Virus record (IMG/VR): IMGVR_UViG_3300035501_000922
From: a virus
Lineage: Duplodnaviria > Caudoviricetes
Reading direction: 5' to 3' (one strand)
DNA: 64,000 nt
The notes under the pieces were generated by a model that was given only the letters and a program-made list of their open reading frames with translations, did no database searches and was not told the origin of the DNA. Of this stretch, positions 1 to 10,073 are shown one piece after another. A program made the translations under genes and the position numbers. Numbering within the stretch: the stretch's first letter is position 1; the number at the start of each line of letters is the position of its first letter.

Positions 1-2072
1 TTGATAAAGAAAGCGGAAAGGTACTCACTAAAGAAGTTACTATTAAGAAGAAAATTCATCTTGATGTAGCTCTCAGGTATGTACCTGATTCAGTAACGTT
101 TTATGACACATATTGTAATTACACAATTACGATAGACGGTGGCATACATCAAAATGCCGTTGAAAAATGTTTTTGTAATTATATGCAGAATAAAACGAAA
201 GCCACTATGACAGATAATCAGAAAGAAAAGACTCCAATTTTATGGGATGATATTCGAGCTGGTTTATGCTGTGTTATCAATCTTTCTACAAATGCACAAG
301 TAGGATTTGCCGGTAATGCCAAAACAAAAATAATTGGTGAAACTTTAACACCGTATCTTAATGAAATTATCAACACATGCCTTGACAAGTTCTTTACAGA
401 AAACCAAAATTGTCTTAATGAATATATTAAGATTATTAAGTTGAATGCAAAGGCACGTATTGAAGCGACTAAGGTAAAGAATGCTGTGCAGAAAGAAAGA
501 ATGAATTCTTTTAAAGAGCACGAGATGTCAAATTACATTAGATGTAATAATACAGGTAAGAAGTACAAGGAAATCTATCTGGTTGAGGGTAATTCAGCTT
601 CAGGTAGTGCACGTAATGGATGTAATCCAGATACAGATGCATTCTTCTTGTTCAGAGGTGTTGTTGCTAATCCATTCAAATGTAGTCTTTCAGAGATTAT
701 GCAGAATAGAGAATGGAAAGATTTTGTAACAGTTCTGAGATGTGGAATTGGTCCTTCGTTTGATATGAATAAGTTGTATTTCAATCGTATCAATATTCTA
801 ACAGATGAAGATATCGACGGATTCTATATATCAAGTGGTATGTTGGCATTCCTGTATAAATACTATCGTCCTCTTATTGAAGCTGGAAAAGTATATAAAG
901 TATTCTCACCTTTGTATGCATTAGATGATAAAGAACATCCATTCGTTTCCAGTAAATCAGAAATGGTTGGAATCTACCATGATAAAATAGCAAAAAAATA
1001 TAAGATTAAAGTTAACGGTGAAAATAAGTATATGAGTAAGGATGATATTTATGAGTTTTTACTTGATACCTATGATTATCGTGAAAATCTTATTGGAGTT
1101 GCTAAAGACATGGGTAATGTCAATAAGTTATTAGTAGAAGCAATAATTGCATATATGGTTCTTGCAGGTGTTGTAAGGTCGTATAATGACTACGATGATT
1201 TAAAGACAGTATTTTCTAACCAGAAATTCATCAAATACCTTATGTGTAATATCCAAAAGAAATTTAAAGAAATTACTATTGATGAAGGAACCACATTAAA
1301 TGGTGTAGTCAATGGTAAATTTTGTAGTATTAATGTATCAGGTCGTTTTATCAAAAAGACAACTGGTTTAATACCAATATATCAAAAATATGGGTATATG
1401 TTAGAAGTACAAGAGAAAGGAAAAGAACCTGTTAAAATGACAATAGGTGAATTTCTTGATGACTGTACAAAGTATACGCCTAAGATTAAGACTAGATACA
1501 AAGGTTTAATTTCTAGACCTTATAAAACATTCTTAATTGCGGGGAACTTCTCGTTAAGTCTTAACTACTAAACTAAGATAGTAATATACTTAGTGGCGAT
1601 GGGTAATTCCAAAGATATAGTAAAAATGTTAAGAATAGAGACAATCCGCAGCGAAGCTTCTTTATGAGAAGAACGTTCAACGACTATCGAAAGGGTAGCT
1701 TAAGAGAAATACTTAAGTGAGTAACCGAGTAGAGTAGGATTTAAGTAAATCCGAAATGGAATGTGCATTATATTCGGTAACAGAATATTATGTAATGATA
1801 TAGTCTAAACCTTATGGAGACATAAGGCTGTATAAACAGATATAAGTGTAACGAACTTATATAAATATATTGTAGGAGAGCTCAATGGAAATCAGTTGAG
1901 AGAAACAACTCTTGATATTAATAATCGAGTATCTGTTCAGTTTACTGTAGCTGATGTAGAAAAAGAGCTTGACATTATGAATATGATTCATGGTGATTCT
2001 AAGAAAAGTTTGGAACGTCGCAAGGATTTGATGAGGCATTATCAGATTAAACGTGATGACCTTGATAACTAA
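1..2072 (+). CDS. gyrB: Type IIA topoisomerase B subunit (GyrB/ParE-like), 5'-partial, spliced: exon1 <1..1506, exon2 1873..2072
   Basis: Frame open from window start (NYTITIDGGIH). TOPRIM motifs LVEGNSA, FRGVVAN, TDEDIDG. Removing 1507..1872 restores RYKG-L-GELNGNQLRETTLD...DDLDN*. Confidence 0.93.
1507..1872 (+). ncRNA. ORF-less self-splicing group I intron (366 nt) in gyrB
   Basis: P/Q/R/S cores AATTGCGGGGAA, AATCCGCAGC, GTTCAACGACTATC, ATGATATAGTCT. P1 AAGGTT:GACCTT with U.G at the 5' splice site; P10 TTCTA:TAGGA; ends in G; in-frame ligation. Confidence 0.93.
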
Positions 2073-2087
2073 AAGAAGGTGAAAATA

Positions 2088-4478
2088 ATGGCAGAAACAA
2101 TTACAAATCAAAACGTAGCAGATGCTGTATTGGAGTATTCATGCTTATTTGGTGCAAATAAGAATGTGTATCGTATTGCAGCATCACTTAATGACGGATT
2201 AAAACCTGGAAGACGACGTTTATATTGGTCATGGTGGCTTAATGAAAAGAAGCCTAAAGATACAAGTAAAGAAACACTTAAGAAACTCAGGTCTATTAAA
2301 GCCGGTACTCTATCTTCTAATGCTATGGCTTTCCATCCTCATGGAGATACAGCAATGGCAGAACTTATTGTAAGAGAAGGACAGTACTGGAATAATAATG
2401 TAATGGCAATTGTGCCACAGGGTTCTTATGGAAACATTAGAGGCGACCAAGCTGCGGCTGGTCGTTATGCAGAAGCTAAAATCGGTGAGTACATGATTGA
2501 TTGTTTCTTTGATGATTTTGATAAGTACTGTGTACCAATGAAATTGGCTTATGATGGCGAAACATTAGAACCTGAGTATTTACCTGCTAAATATCCGCAT
2601 ATACTTTTTAATCCTCAGTTTTCTGGAATAGGTTATGGTATGGCTTCAAACATTCCACCGTTTAATGTAGCAGAGGTTTTAAAAGCTACAATTAAACTTA
2701 TGAAAGAGCCTGATACAAAAATCATGCTTGTTCCAGATTCTCCAACTGGTGCCGATATACTTGATGAAGGAAACTTTAAAGAGATAAATAAAACTGGTAA
2801 AAGTAAGATTACGATGAGGGCAACCTCTGAGATTGATTATCAGAATAACATTATCACTTTTACAAGTTTACCTTTACAAATGACAACAAAGCAGGTTATT
2901 AGTCGTATTATTGCTTTAAAGCTTGATACGATTTATGATATTAAAGACTATACTAAAGAAGGAGAAGTTAAGTTACAAATTCTTCTTAAGTCTGATGCTA
3001 ATCCTGATAAGGTATTAAAAACTCTATACAAAAAGAATACAGGTCTTAAGATGACATTTCCTGTTGGAATTACAGTTATTGATGACTATGCAGCTTATGA
3101 ATATGGAGTTAAAGACCTTCTTCTTGAATGGATTGAATATCGTAGAGATATAGTTCGTTCAATGTTTTTGAATAATCTTCAGATAGTTCAGGAGAAGCTT
3201 CATATGAATAAAGTTCTTTTGATGGTATTCAATAAGGATAACATCGAAGAGACTATTAAAATTGCTAAGAACTCAACATCAAGAAAAGACACGATTGAAA
3301 AGCTACAAAAGAGATATAAGATTACATCTCTTCAGGCTTCAACAATTGCAGATATGCATGTCTATAACTTCAATGCTGAGTCATATAATAGATATAAAGC
3401 TGATAAAATTTCTCTTGATGAGGAATTAAAAGAAATTAAAGAAACCCTTGCTCATAGTAGTAAAATTGATGATTTTATTATTAGTCAGCTTGAGCGAGGA
3501 ATAAAAAAATGGGGAAGACCTAGAATGAGTAAAATTGTCAAGGAGAATAATAAAGACGAAGATTCAATTCCTGATACTGAGCATTTGATTGGTATTAGTG
3601 AGAGTGGATATATAAAGAAGCTTTCCCTTGACAAGAATACCAGTATCGGTCTTGTGGGAAAAGAAAACGGCAATCTTACTGTAATGCAGATTAATAATCG
3701 AGAAGATATACTTGTTGTTGATAGCTCAGGTAGAGTTTCGAAGATATCTGTATCTGCTATTCCCGATATGAAGTTTGATGATAACGGTATTGAAATTAGT
3801 AGATATTTCTCTACGAATGGTAAGATAATAGCTGTTATGAAGCTTCCCTCAATGGATGTCCTTAAATCAAAAGATGATAGCCTTTGTATCATTTTCGTTA
3901 CAAAGAATGGTCTTGCAAAGAAGGTTCCAATTTCAGAGTTTAAAAAGATTACTGATTACAAAAACGGTATTCTTTTAAATGATGGTGATGAGGTAGCATC
4001 TGCATTATTCTCATTTGATAAGAGTAGTAAAGATGTTATTATTTGTACGAACCTCGGTGATGGTATTCGCTTGGCAATCAAGGATATTAAGACACTTGGT
4101 AAACAAGCTAAGGGGGTAAATCAAATTAATCTTAAGGATGGAGAGTATGTAGTTAATGCATGTAAAATTAATCCGAATAAGAAGCTCCTATTTTATGTAA
4201 CATCATCGGGTAGAGTTAAACTTACTGACATTAAGTATTTCCCTGCTATGCAAAGAAAAGATGATACCTTATCTTTGATTAGTTTAGAAAAGAGTGAAAC
4301 ACTGATAGGAGTTTCATCTGTTGGTAAGAATGATATCGCTATGATTTATAGAAAGAACGGTGACCCAGTCCAAATTGAATTGAAGAATATTAAAGTAAGT
4401 ACACGAATTGCTAAAGGTGAAAAAATGGTTAAAACACCTAAAGGTGATAAAGTAATAGCTTACAAAATATTCGGATAA
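2088..4478 (+). CDS. gyrA: Type IIA topoisomerase A subunit (GyrA/ParC-like) with C-terminal beta-pinwheel
   Basis: DGLKPGRRR, FHPHGD, AAAGRY (catalytic Tyr), GIGYGMASNIPPFN, PDSPTG; repeated pinwheel blades (TKNGLAKK, GKQAKGV). ATG 2088 follows RBS GAAGGTG. Confidence 0.93.
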   Translation: MAETITNQNVADAVLEYSCLFGANKNVYRIAASLNDGLKPGRRRLYWSWWLNEKKPKDTSKETLKKLRSIKAGTLSSNAMAFHPHGDTAMAELIVREGQYWNNNVMAIVPQGSYGNIRGDQAAAGRYAEAKIGEYMIDCFFDDFDKYCVPMKLAYDGETLEPEYLPAKYPHILFNPQFSGIGYGMASNIPPFNVAEVLKATIKLMKEPDTKIMLVPDSPTGADILDEGNFKEINKTGKSKITMRATSEIDYQNNIITFTSLPLQMTTKQVISRIIALKLDTIYDIKDYTKEGEVKLQILLKSDANPDKVLKTLYKKNTGLKMTFPVGITVIDDYAAYEYGVKDLLLEWIEYRRDIVRSMFLNNLQIVQEKLHMNKVLLMVFNKDNIEETIKIAKNSTSRKDTIEKLQKRYKITSLQASTIADMHVYNFNAESYNRYKADKISLDEELKEIKETLAHSSKIDDFIISQLERGIKKWGRPRMSKIVKENNKDEDSIPDTEHLIGISESGYIKKLSLDKNTSIGLVGKENGNLTVMQINNREDILVVDSSGRVSKISVSAIPDMKFDDNGIEISRYFSTNGKIIAVMKLPSMDVLKSKDDSLCIIFVTKNGLAKKVPISEFKKITDYKNGILLNDGDEVASALFSFDKSSKDVIICTNLGDGIRLAIKDIKTLGKQAKGVNQINLKDGEYVVNACKINPNKKLLFYVTSSGRVKLTDIKYFPAMQRKDDTLSLISLEKSETLIGVSSVGKNDIAMIYRKNGDPVQIELKNIKVSTRIAKGEKMVKTPKGDKVIAYKIFG

Positions 4479-4482
4479 AAAA

Positions 4483-4513
4483 AAAGAGAACGGCGAATGA
4501 AACCGTTCTCTTT
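4483..4513. terminator. Bidirectional intrinsic terminator
   Basis: 11-bp stem AAAGAGAACGG/CCGTTCTCTTT with A and T tracts between convergent genes. Confidence 0.8.
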
Positions 4514-4522
4514 ATTTTTTTA

Positions 4523-4729
4523 TCAGTCTTCTTTTTCAAAGACTGTTTTACCATTAATGGTAATCACAGTCTTTCGATAACGCTTAGACTGAATCTCGCG
4601 CCGTTTTTGCTCGATCTTTTCGAGCTTCTCGTTCTGTGAGTGGTACTGTTCTACCAACTCACCCAAACATCTGATGATGACATCATCAGATGTTTCTGTC
4701 GTTTTTTTGCTTCTAAAAAAGTTTCTCAT
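4523..4729 (-). CDS. Small hypothetical early protein (68 aa)
   Basis: RBS AGGAGG, own early promoter, flanked by hairpins. Confidence 0.75.
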   Translation of the reverse strand: MRNFFRSKKTTETSDDVIIRCLGELVEQYHSQNEKLEKIEQKRREIQSKRYRKTVITINGKTVFEKED

Positions 4730-4822
4730 AATAAATACCTCCTAAGTATTTCAATGCCTTTCTTTTGACTAGGTTCAGGCGACCTTTATTTTTTTATTTT
4801 GTAATCGTTTTATATGTATTAC

Positions 4823-4870
4823 ATATCCGATTACACAAAAATAATATATAAATTAAAAAGTTGACTTTAC
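4823..4870 (-). promoter_or_regulatory. Early-type promoter (core TTATATATTAT 4841..4851), near-identical to 44521..44567
   Basis: GTAAAGTCAACTTTTT..ATTATATATTATTTTTGTGTAATCGGATA-like block at both loci. Confidence 0.75.
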
Positions 4871-4874
4871 AGAT

Positions 4875-4922
4875 ATAATGAAGATGAGAATGACTAATAT
4901 TAGTCATTCTCATCTTCATTAT
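4875..4922. repeat. 48-bp loop-less perfect palindrome
   Basis: ATAATGAAGATGAGAATGACTAAT|ATTAGTCATTCTCATCTTCATTAT between divergent promoters. Confidence 0.9.
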
Positions 4923-4989
4923 TTTCATTTTATTATTATCTTAGCAGTTTTATGTTAGTTATTTCTAGCCCAGAATAATTCATATATAA

Positions 4990-5001
4990 AACAAATATTT
5001 A
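4990..5001 (+). promoter_or_regulatory. Late promoter AACA-N6-TA
   Basis: AACA AATATT TA; same motif precedes most structural genes. Confidence 0.65.
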
Positions 5002-5030
5002 AGTTCAAAGACTCAAAAATCTTTATAGAA

Positions 5031-6800
5031 ATGGAGGAATACATTGTGTCTTTTATAGATAAGGAAAGAATCCTTAATGAATCTCCTAAGAAAAGATTGA
5101 TTATCGGATTTAATAATTTAAAGAATAATTTTAATGAATCTACAGCATTAGAATATTCAAATCTTTATAAAGATAAGTCTTTATCTTTTATTCTGGAGAA
5201 TTCTAGATTGATTTTTTCAGAACCTTTTTATGGTTATGAATTTTATTCTGATGTTGTATGCGGGGATGAAGAATTTTGTGCGTTCCCGAAGTACGAGACT
5301 GAACTTGAGAAGATTAATTCATTTATTGATGAAAATCAGGATAAAATGCCTCCTGAACAACTCAAGATGTATACCGACTTAAGAGATAAACTCGTAGCTA
5401 AAATGCAGGATTGCAAGAATACCACTACTATGAGTAATTATATTGCAGATAGAACTCCTGAAGGTGAAGAATTTGCTAATAGAATTCCTGACGCAGTTTA
5501 TGCTTATAAACAAGGTATTGAATGCAATGATACTGAAAAATGTGAAAATGCAAAAACTGAAATAGATAATCTTTTAAAGGAAAGTACTAACCCGTTAGTA
5601 TTTTTCACATATGCTCCTTATATAAATAAAACAATAGGTGGCGGACGTTCTGTGAGAGCTAATATGGATAGATTCTATAAGGAATCCAGTGAAGAAGATG
5701 CTACTGAAAAAGAGAATTTTGAATCAACGATTAACAATATTCTCATTGTTTCTAAGCTTTCTAATGATAAGGCATATGTTGAGGCAGTTAACTGCATTCC
5801 TACTAAGATTGATAGAACTGTATTTATTGGTCTTGCACAGGAATCGGTTAAAGACCAGATTGATGAGCTTATCACAGAGAGAGTTTCTGATTATGAATCT
5901 TCGTATTCTACACCAGAAGCTGCTGTAAATAATATCTTCAATGATGATTTTGACAGAATTCTGTTTAAAGAAGAATATGATGAGTTCCGTAATAAGAATT
6001 ATGGAATTCGTTTAAACATATTTGAATCAATGCTTGATATGATTACGTATGAATATCAGACATGCGAAGATACCAGTCTTCCTATTGATGGCTTTAATTA
6101 TTTCGATGAAGGAACAACTATCGAAGATGCATTTAGAATTATCAATGATAAATGTAATGAAACACGTGATGTTCTTGGAATGTATAAAGAGTCAGACGAA
6201 GAGGATGTTACTGATGACGACATTGATTCTATGGATAGAGACATAAACGGTGACTCGTCAAAAAAACCTGAAGCCCCCAAGCCTAAGAATGCTGCTAACC
6301 GTATTCAGTTTAAAGCAATGGATGCTGAAGTACAGCAGAATAAAGCACGTGCTACTGCAAAGCAGAAGGGGCAAGAGGTTACAAATGCAGTAAAAGCAGT
6401 AGCTCAATTACCGATGAATGTTATTAATGACATCAAAGACCAAACACATAAACTTGATGAAGCTGATGACGAAAGACGTAAGAAATATATGTCCGAGCCG
6501 GGTTTTAGAAAGAAGGCTTTCAGAAATCTGAAATTAGCAATAGTGTATGGCAGTGCGGCTAAAGCAAAAATAGCATTCGTACCTGTAGTAACTTTATGTC
6601 GTCATTTCAGTAAAGTTAAAGACAGACGTATTCGTAACGAGTTATCCAAAGAACTAGATACAGAAATCAAAATTTGCGAAGAAAAAATTAATGATGCAAA
6701 TGCGTCTGGTGATAATAACGCAAAATATCAATTAATGAGAATTAAATCAAAACTCGAATCTGAGAAGGTACGTGTAAGATTAAATAGTAAATATGTATAA
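5031..6800 (+). CDS. Probable virion head/core protein (start may be GTG 5046)
   Basis: Acidic N-part with many hydrophobic-x-E|S motifs (ILNES, FNES, FYKES, MYKES), basic helical C-part, head gene cluster. Confidence 0.55.
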   Translation: MEEYIVSFIDKERILNESPKKRLIIGFNNLKNNFNESTALEYSNLYKDKSLSFILENSRLIFSEPFYGYEFYSDVVCGDEEFCAFPKYETELEKINSFIDENQDKMPPEQLKMYTDLRDKLVAKMQDCKNTTTMSNYIADRTPEGEEFANRIPDAVYAYKQGIECNDTEKCENAKTEIDNLLKESTNPLVFFTYAPYINKTIGGGRSVRANMDRFYKESSEEDATEKENFESTINNILIVSKLSNDKAYVEAVNCIPTKIDRTVFIGLAQESVKDQIDELITERVSDYESSYSTPEAAVNNIFNDDFDRILFKEEYDEFRNKNYGIRLNIFESMLDMITYEYQTCEDTSLPIDGFNYFDEGTTIEDAFRIINDKCNETRDVLGMYKESDEEDVTDDDIDSMDRDINGDSSKKPEAPKPKNAANRIQFKAMDAEVQQNKARATAKQKGQEVTNAVKAVAQLPMNVINDIKDQTHKLDEADDERRKKYMSEPGFRKKAFRNLKLAIVYGSAAKAKIAFVPVVTLCRHFSKVKDRRIRNELSKELDTEIKICEEKINDANASGDNNAKYQLMRIKSKLESEKVRVRLNSKYV

Positions 6801-6815
6801 TGGGGGTGTAATCAA

Positions 6816-8075
6816 ATGATTGTAAGAATACCTGAAGATGATACACCTAAATACGGAAGATATTTTCTTGCAACTGAAGCACCTAAGCGGAAAAAAACTC
6901 CAAGTGTTTCAGTATCAAAAGGAAGAAAAAATACTGATGACGTAGATATCGCTCAGTACAATGATGATGATATTGACATAGCACAAATGGATGACGTCAA
7001 TATTGCTTCATTTGATGATGACGATGACGATATGGATGACGTTGAAATTGCAATGCCACTCGAAGATGAAGATGTTGAAATAGCCCAACCAGATAATGGT
7101 GGTGAAGACGATGTTGCAATTGCACAACCGAATGCTGGAGATGGAGACGTTGAGATTGCACAGCCTGACGGTGACGGAGATGATGTTGCTATTGCACAGC
7201 CTGATAACAATAACAATGTAGAAATAGCTCAACAAAGCGATACAGGGGGAGATGTTGAGATTGCTCAACCTGACGGTGGCGGAGATGTAGAAATAGCCCA
7301 ACCTGATAATGGCGGTGACATTGAGATAGCCCAGCCTGACGGTGGCGGAGATGATGTTGCTATTGCTCAACCAGATGGTGGCGGAGATGTAGAAATAGCC
7401 CAACCAAGCGATACAGGGGGAGATGTTGAGATAGCCCAGCCTGAGCAAGATACGAATTTCAACGGTGATGATAATGCTGGAGGTGGCGACGTTGAGATTG
7501 CTCAACCAGATGGTGAAAATCAACAGGATACTAATTTTAATAATGACAGTGGTGGCGATGCTGAAATAGCACAGCCGGGCGATGGTAATCAAGATACGAA
7601 CTTTAATGGCGATGATGATAATGGCGATAACAATGGTGATGATACCGAAATAGCACAGCCAGACGGTGGTGACCAGCAGGATACCAATTTCAATGATACT
7701 GGTTCTGGTGATGATAATCAGTCGAATTCAAACAATCAGAATGGAAACCAAAAAGGTCCCGGATTAGAATATGACTCAACACGTAAGTATAATTTATTTA
7801 AGGAATATATGTCATTATATAATGCCATAGATAATTATATCTTTAAACTTGAGGATAATATCAAGGATGATGTATCTGCTAACCAAATTATTAAAACCGC
7901 TGTTAATAAACTTCGTGAAATAAAAGAACTGACGCATGATTATATGATGATAAAATTTGAAGCTAGTACATACGTTCAATCATTACTATTTTATCAAAAT
8001 CTAATCGTTGCTGTGCAGATGGTATTTAACCTATTATCTAATATTAATAAAAACAAAGAAAATACAAATAAATAG
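6816..8075 (+). CDS. Acidic low-complexity repeat protein, candidate capsid scaffold/core protein
   Basis: 18 (V/I)(E/A/D)IAQP-like repeats, 4 QDTNFN repeats, helical C-terminal domain; immediately upstream of the major capsid gene. Confidence 0.55.
   Translation: MIVRIPEDDTPKYGRYFLATEAPKRKKTPSVSVSKGRKNTDDVDIAQYNDDDIDIAQMDDVNIASFDDDDDDMDDVEIAMPLEDEDVEIAQPDNGGEDDVAIAQPNAGDGDVEIAQPDGDGDDVAIAQPDNNNNVEIAQQSDTGGDVEIAQPDGGGDVEIAQPDNGGDIEIAQPDGGGDDVAIAQPDGGGDVEIAQPSDTGGDVEIAQPEQDTNFNGDDNAGGGDVEIAQPDGENQQDTNFNNDSGGDAEIAQPGDGNQDTNFNGDDDNGDNNGDDTEIAQPDGGDQQDTNFNDTGSGDDNQSNSNNQNGNQKGPGLEYDSTRKYNLFKEYMSLYNAIDNYIFKLEDNIKDDVSANQIIKTAVNKLREIKELTHDYMMIKFEASTYVQSLLFYQNLIVAVQMVFNLLSNINKNKENTNK
6940..7692 (+). 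repeat. Coding tandem repeat region (DVEIAQP-linker)n
   Basis: Degenerate 33-39 nt units varying mostly at third codon positions, e.g. GATGTTGAGATTGCTCAACCTGACGGTGGCGGA. Confidence 0.9.
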
Positions 8076-8090
8076 TTATTTTAAGTTTAA

Positions 8091-8173
8091 AACATTAAAA
8101 TAATTATAGTTAATTCGAATGAATTAATTTCTGTTTTTGTCGTTTCTATATAAGCGGCATTAACAGGTATATA
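8091..8173 (+). promoter_or_regulatory. Two tandem late promoters for the capsid gene (8091..8102, 8162..8173)
   Basis: AACA TTAAAA TA and AACA GGTATA TA. Confidence 0.65.
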
Positions 8174-8228
8174 ATTACTTCATTATATTTTTTAATTATT
8201 TTAAATTCAAAAGGAGTTGAATATTTAA

Positions 8229-10010
8229 ATGCTTACATTTTTAACAGAATCTAGCAAGGACTTCAAGGAAACTGCTACTGTTGGTGGTTTCAGCGCTGGA
8301 GTTCACAATAGTTTCGATGACATCTTTACTGAGGCTTATGATTCGATGCTTGGTAATGGCATTGATGTCATGGTTGACGTAAATTCCCTTGTAAAGAACA
8401 AGGCAAAGACAGCTGCATTTAAGAACGCTCTTCTCGGAGAGCTCCAGACTGAGTGTGCTAACATGGCTGAGTCTGATACAGAATTTGGTACACATGAGCA
8501 CCTCTATGAGCAGGTATCGGATATGTTCGATAACTGTATCGAGGATTTCGTTAAGGAGTCCACGAGAGTTCCTCAGTTACTTCCTATTAAGGCGATTGAT
8601 TTCCCCATCCTTGTAAAGCAGCAGCTTAAGCTTGCTACTAAGGATATTATCCAGACCGAGGTTACTAAGAGCCCGATTATCAAGAAGCATATCGAGCAGA
8701 CCTACATCGTTGACAACAGCGATAGAACCAAGAGATGGAAGTATCCGCAGTGCTTCTTCAAGGATGACTTCAAGGAGATTTTCAACGCTGGTAAGGGTCT
8801 TCCTATCAAGAACACTCCTGTTGAGCTTCCTATTGCTAACTATGATGTAATCAAGGAGCTTACCGATGCTGAGAAGCCTGAGAGAGAAGACTTCACGATG
8901 GATCTCAAGATCATCAAGGTTGTAGTTCAGGATACTCATGATCAGGATGTTGAGATTACTCTTGCTCGTCCTATGAGAATTAACCTTAGTGATAACCAGT
9001 GGCTTGGCGGTAGCATTGATGTTACTGTTAAGGATTCTGAGGGTGCTGACCTTGAGGTTAAGGATCATATCGTTGGTATCGTAGACTTTATTGCAAAGAC
9101 TACTTCTGTAACTGCCCTTAACGGACAGGTTAAGAAGGTTATTTTCGGTGGATATCTGTCTAACGAAAAGAACGAGAGACACGTAACATTCGATTATGCT
9201 CGTGAAGAAATCGAGTGGAAGATCGAAGACGGTTCTCGTGTAAACGTTCCTTACTCCCTTGAGGAGCTTGAGGATGCTAAGGCTCTTATGGACATTGACC
9301 TCTATAAGAAGACATATAACAACCTTGCAGATTACATGACTCAGATGGAGGATTCTACAATCCTTGCATGGCTTGATGAGCAGTTTGACCTGTATGATGG
9401 CGTAGAGGTTTCTCAGGATGATATTCTTGGTTGGGGTAGCTTTATCACTAAGAGAGTATTTGATTGCGATTCTACTTCACTTACTACTGCTCTTCCTAAT
9501 GAGTACATTGAGAAGATGCTCAAGTTTAAGATTGACAGACTTATCACAGATATTTGCGACAAGGCTAAGCTTGAGGATATGACATTCGTAATTTACGGTA
9601 ACCCCAGATTTATCAGTCTGCTTAATCCTGTAGTTAACTGGGTAACAAGACCTGGTTCTACTGCTAACGGTGTTAAGCTTGACTATGGTTATGGTATCAT
9701 GACCAGTGGCGACGTTAAGGTTCAGGTAGTTTCTACCAAGAAGGTTAACGCTGTATATGATGATGATAAGAAGGAGTTCAAGGGTCTCAGAATTATTCCG
9801 TTCCCGCTGTCGCAGGAGCAGTTTACATTCAAGCACTACAAGTACACAACTCACATTCTTACGGCTCAGAACAGTGCTTATCGGGCTCCTGATCTGCCCG
9901 GCGGTTCGATGACTAACCTTATGGGTGTTAGCCGTTATACTAACGCTGCAGTTCAGGGTATTCAGGCAGAGCTCTCATTTGCTAATCTTGAGCAGTATGT
10001 TGAGATCTGA
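8229..10010 (+). CDS. Major capsid protein precursor
   Basis: Strongest high-expression codon bias in the window (AAG/GAG/TTC/AAC), 593 aa, N-terminal propeptide with FLTE|S, IFTE|A, FVKE|S, tandem late promoters, strong terminator. Confidence 0.8.
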   Translation: MLTFLTESSKDFKETATVGGFSAGVHNSFDDIFTEAYDSMLGNGIDVMVDVNSLVKNKAKTAAFKNALLGELQTECANMAESDTEFGTHEHLYEQVSDMFDNCIEDFVKESTRVPQLLPIKAIDFPILVKQQLKLATKDIIQTEVTKSPIIKKHIEQTYIVDNSDRTKRWKYPQCFFKDDFKEIFNAGKGLPIKNTPVELPIANYDVIKELTDAEKPEREDFTMDLKIIKVVVQDTHDQDVEITLARPMRINLSDNQWLGGSIDVTVKDSEGADLEVKDHIVGIVDFIAKTTSVTALNGQVKKVIFGGYLSNEKNERHVTFDYAREEIEWKIEDGSRVNVPYSLEELEDAKALMDIDLYKKTYNNLADYMTQMEDSTILAWLDEQFDLYDGVEVSQDDILGWGSFITKRVFDCDSTSLTTALPNEYIEKMLKFKIDRLITDICDKAKLEDMTFVIYGNPRFISLLNPVVNWVTRPGSTANGVKLDYGYGIMTSGDVKVQVVSTKKVNAVYDDDKKEFKGLRIIPFPLSQEQFTFKHYKYTTHILTAQNSAYRAPDLPGGSMTNLMGVSRYTNAAVQGIQAELSFANLEQYVEI

Positions 10011-10036
10011 TATTAAATAAAAATACAAAAAAAAAT

Positions 10037-10072
10037 AATAAGGGTGAACGAGATTAATCGTTCACCCTTATT
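10037..10072. terminator. Bidirectional terminator after the capsid gene
   Basis: 15-bp stem AATAAGGGTGAACGA/TCGTTCACCCTTATT. Confidence 0.85.
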
Positions 10073-10073
10073 T

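Noticed and set aside
183-1571. gyrB, helicase (38225..39640) and beta' (49515..51923) looking like truncated pseudogenes
   Set aside because: Their odd C-termini are read-through into group I introns; splicing restores conserved motifs in frame.
1507-1872. Homing endonuclease or intein in the interrupted genes
   Set aside because: The insertions are 327-398 nt with early stops and no HNH, GIY-YIG, LAGLIDADG or intein motifs.
6940-7692. CRISPR-like 33-39 nt periodicity
   Set aside because: Units vary at third codon positions and keep one reading frame; no invariant repeat with unique spacers and no cas genes.
6953-9854. Long antisense ORFs (6953..7216, 7008..7592, 8577..9182, 9477..9854) and similar shadows elsewhere
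   Set aside because: They mirror codon-biased or repetitive sense genes and lack RBS or promoter support.
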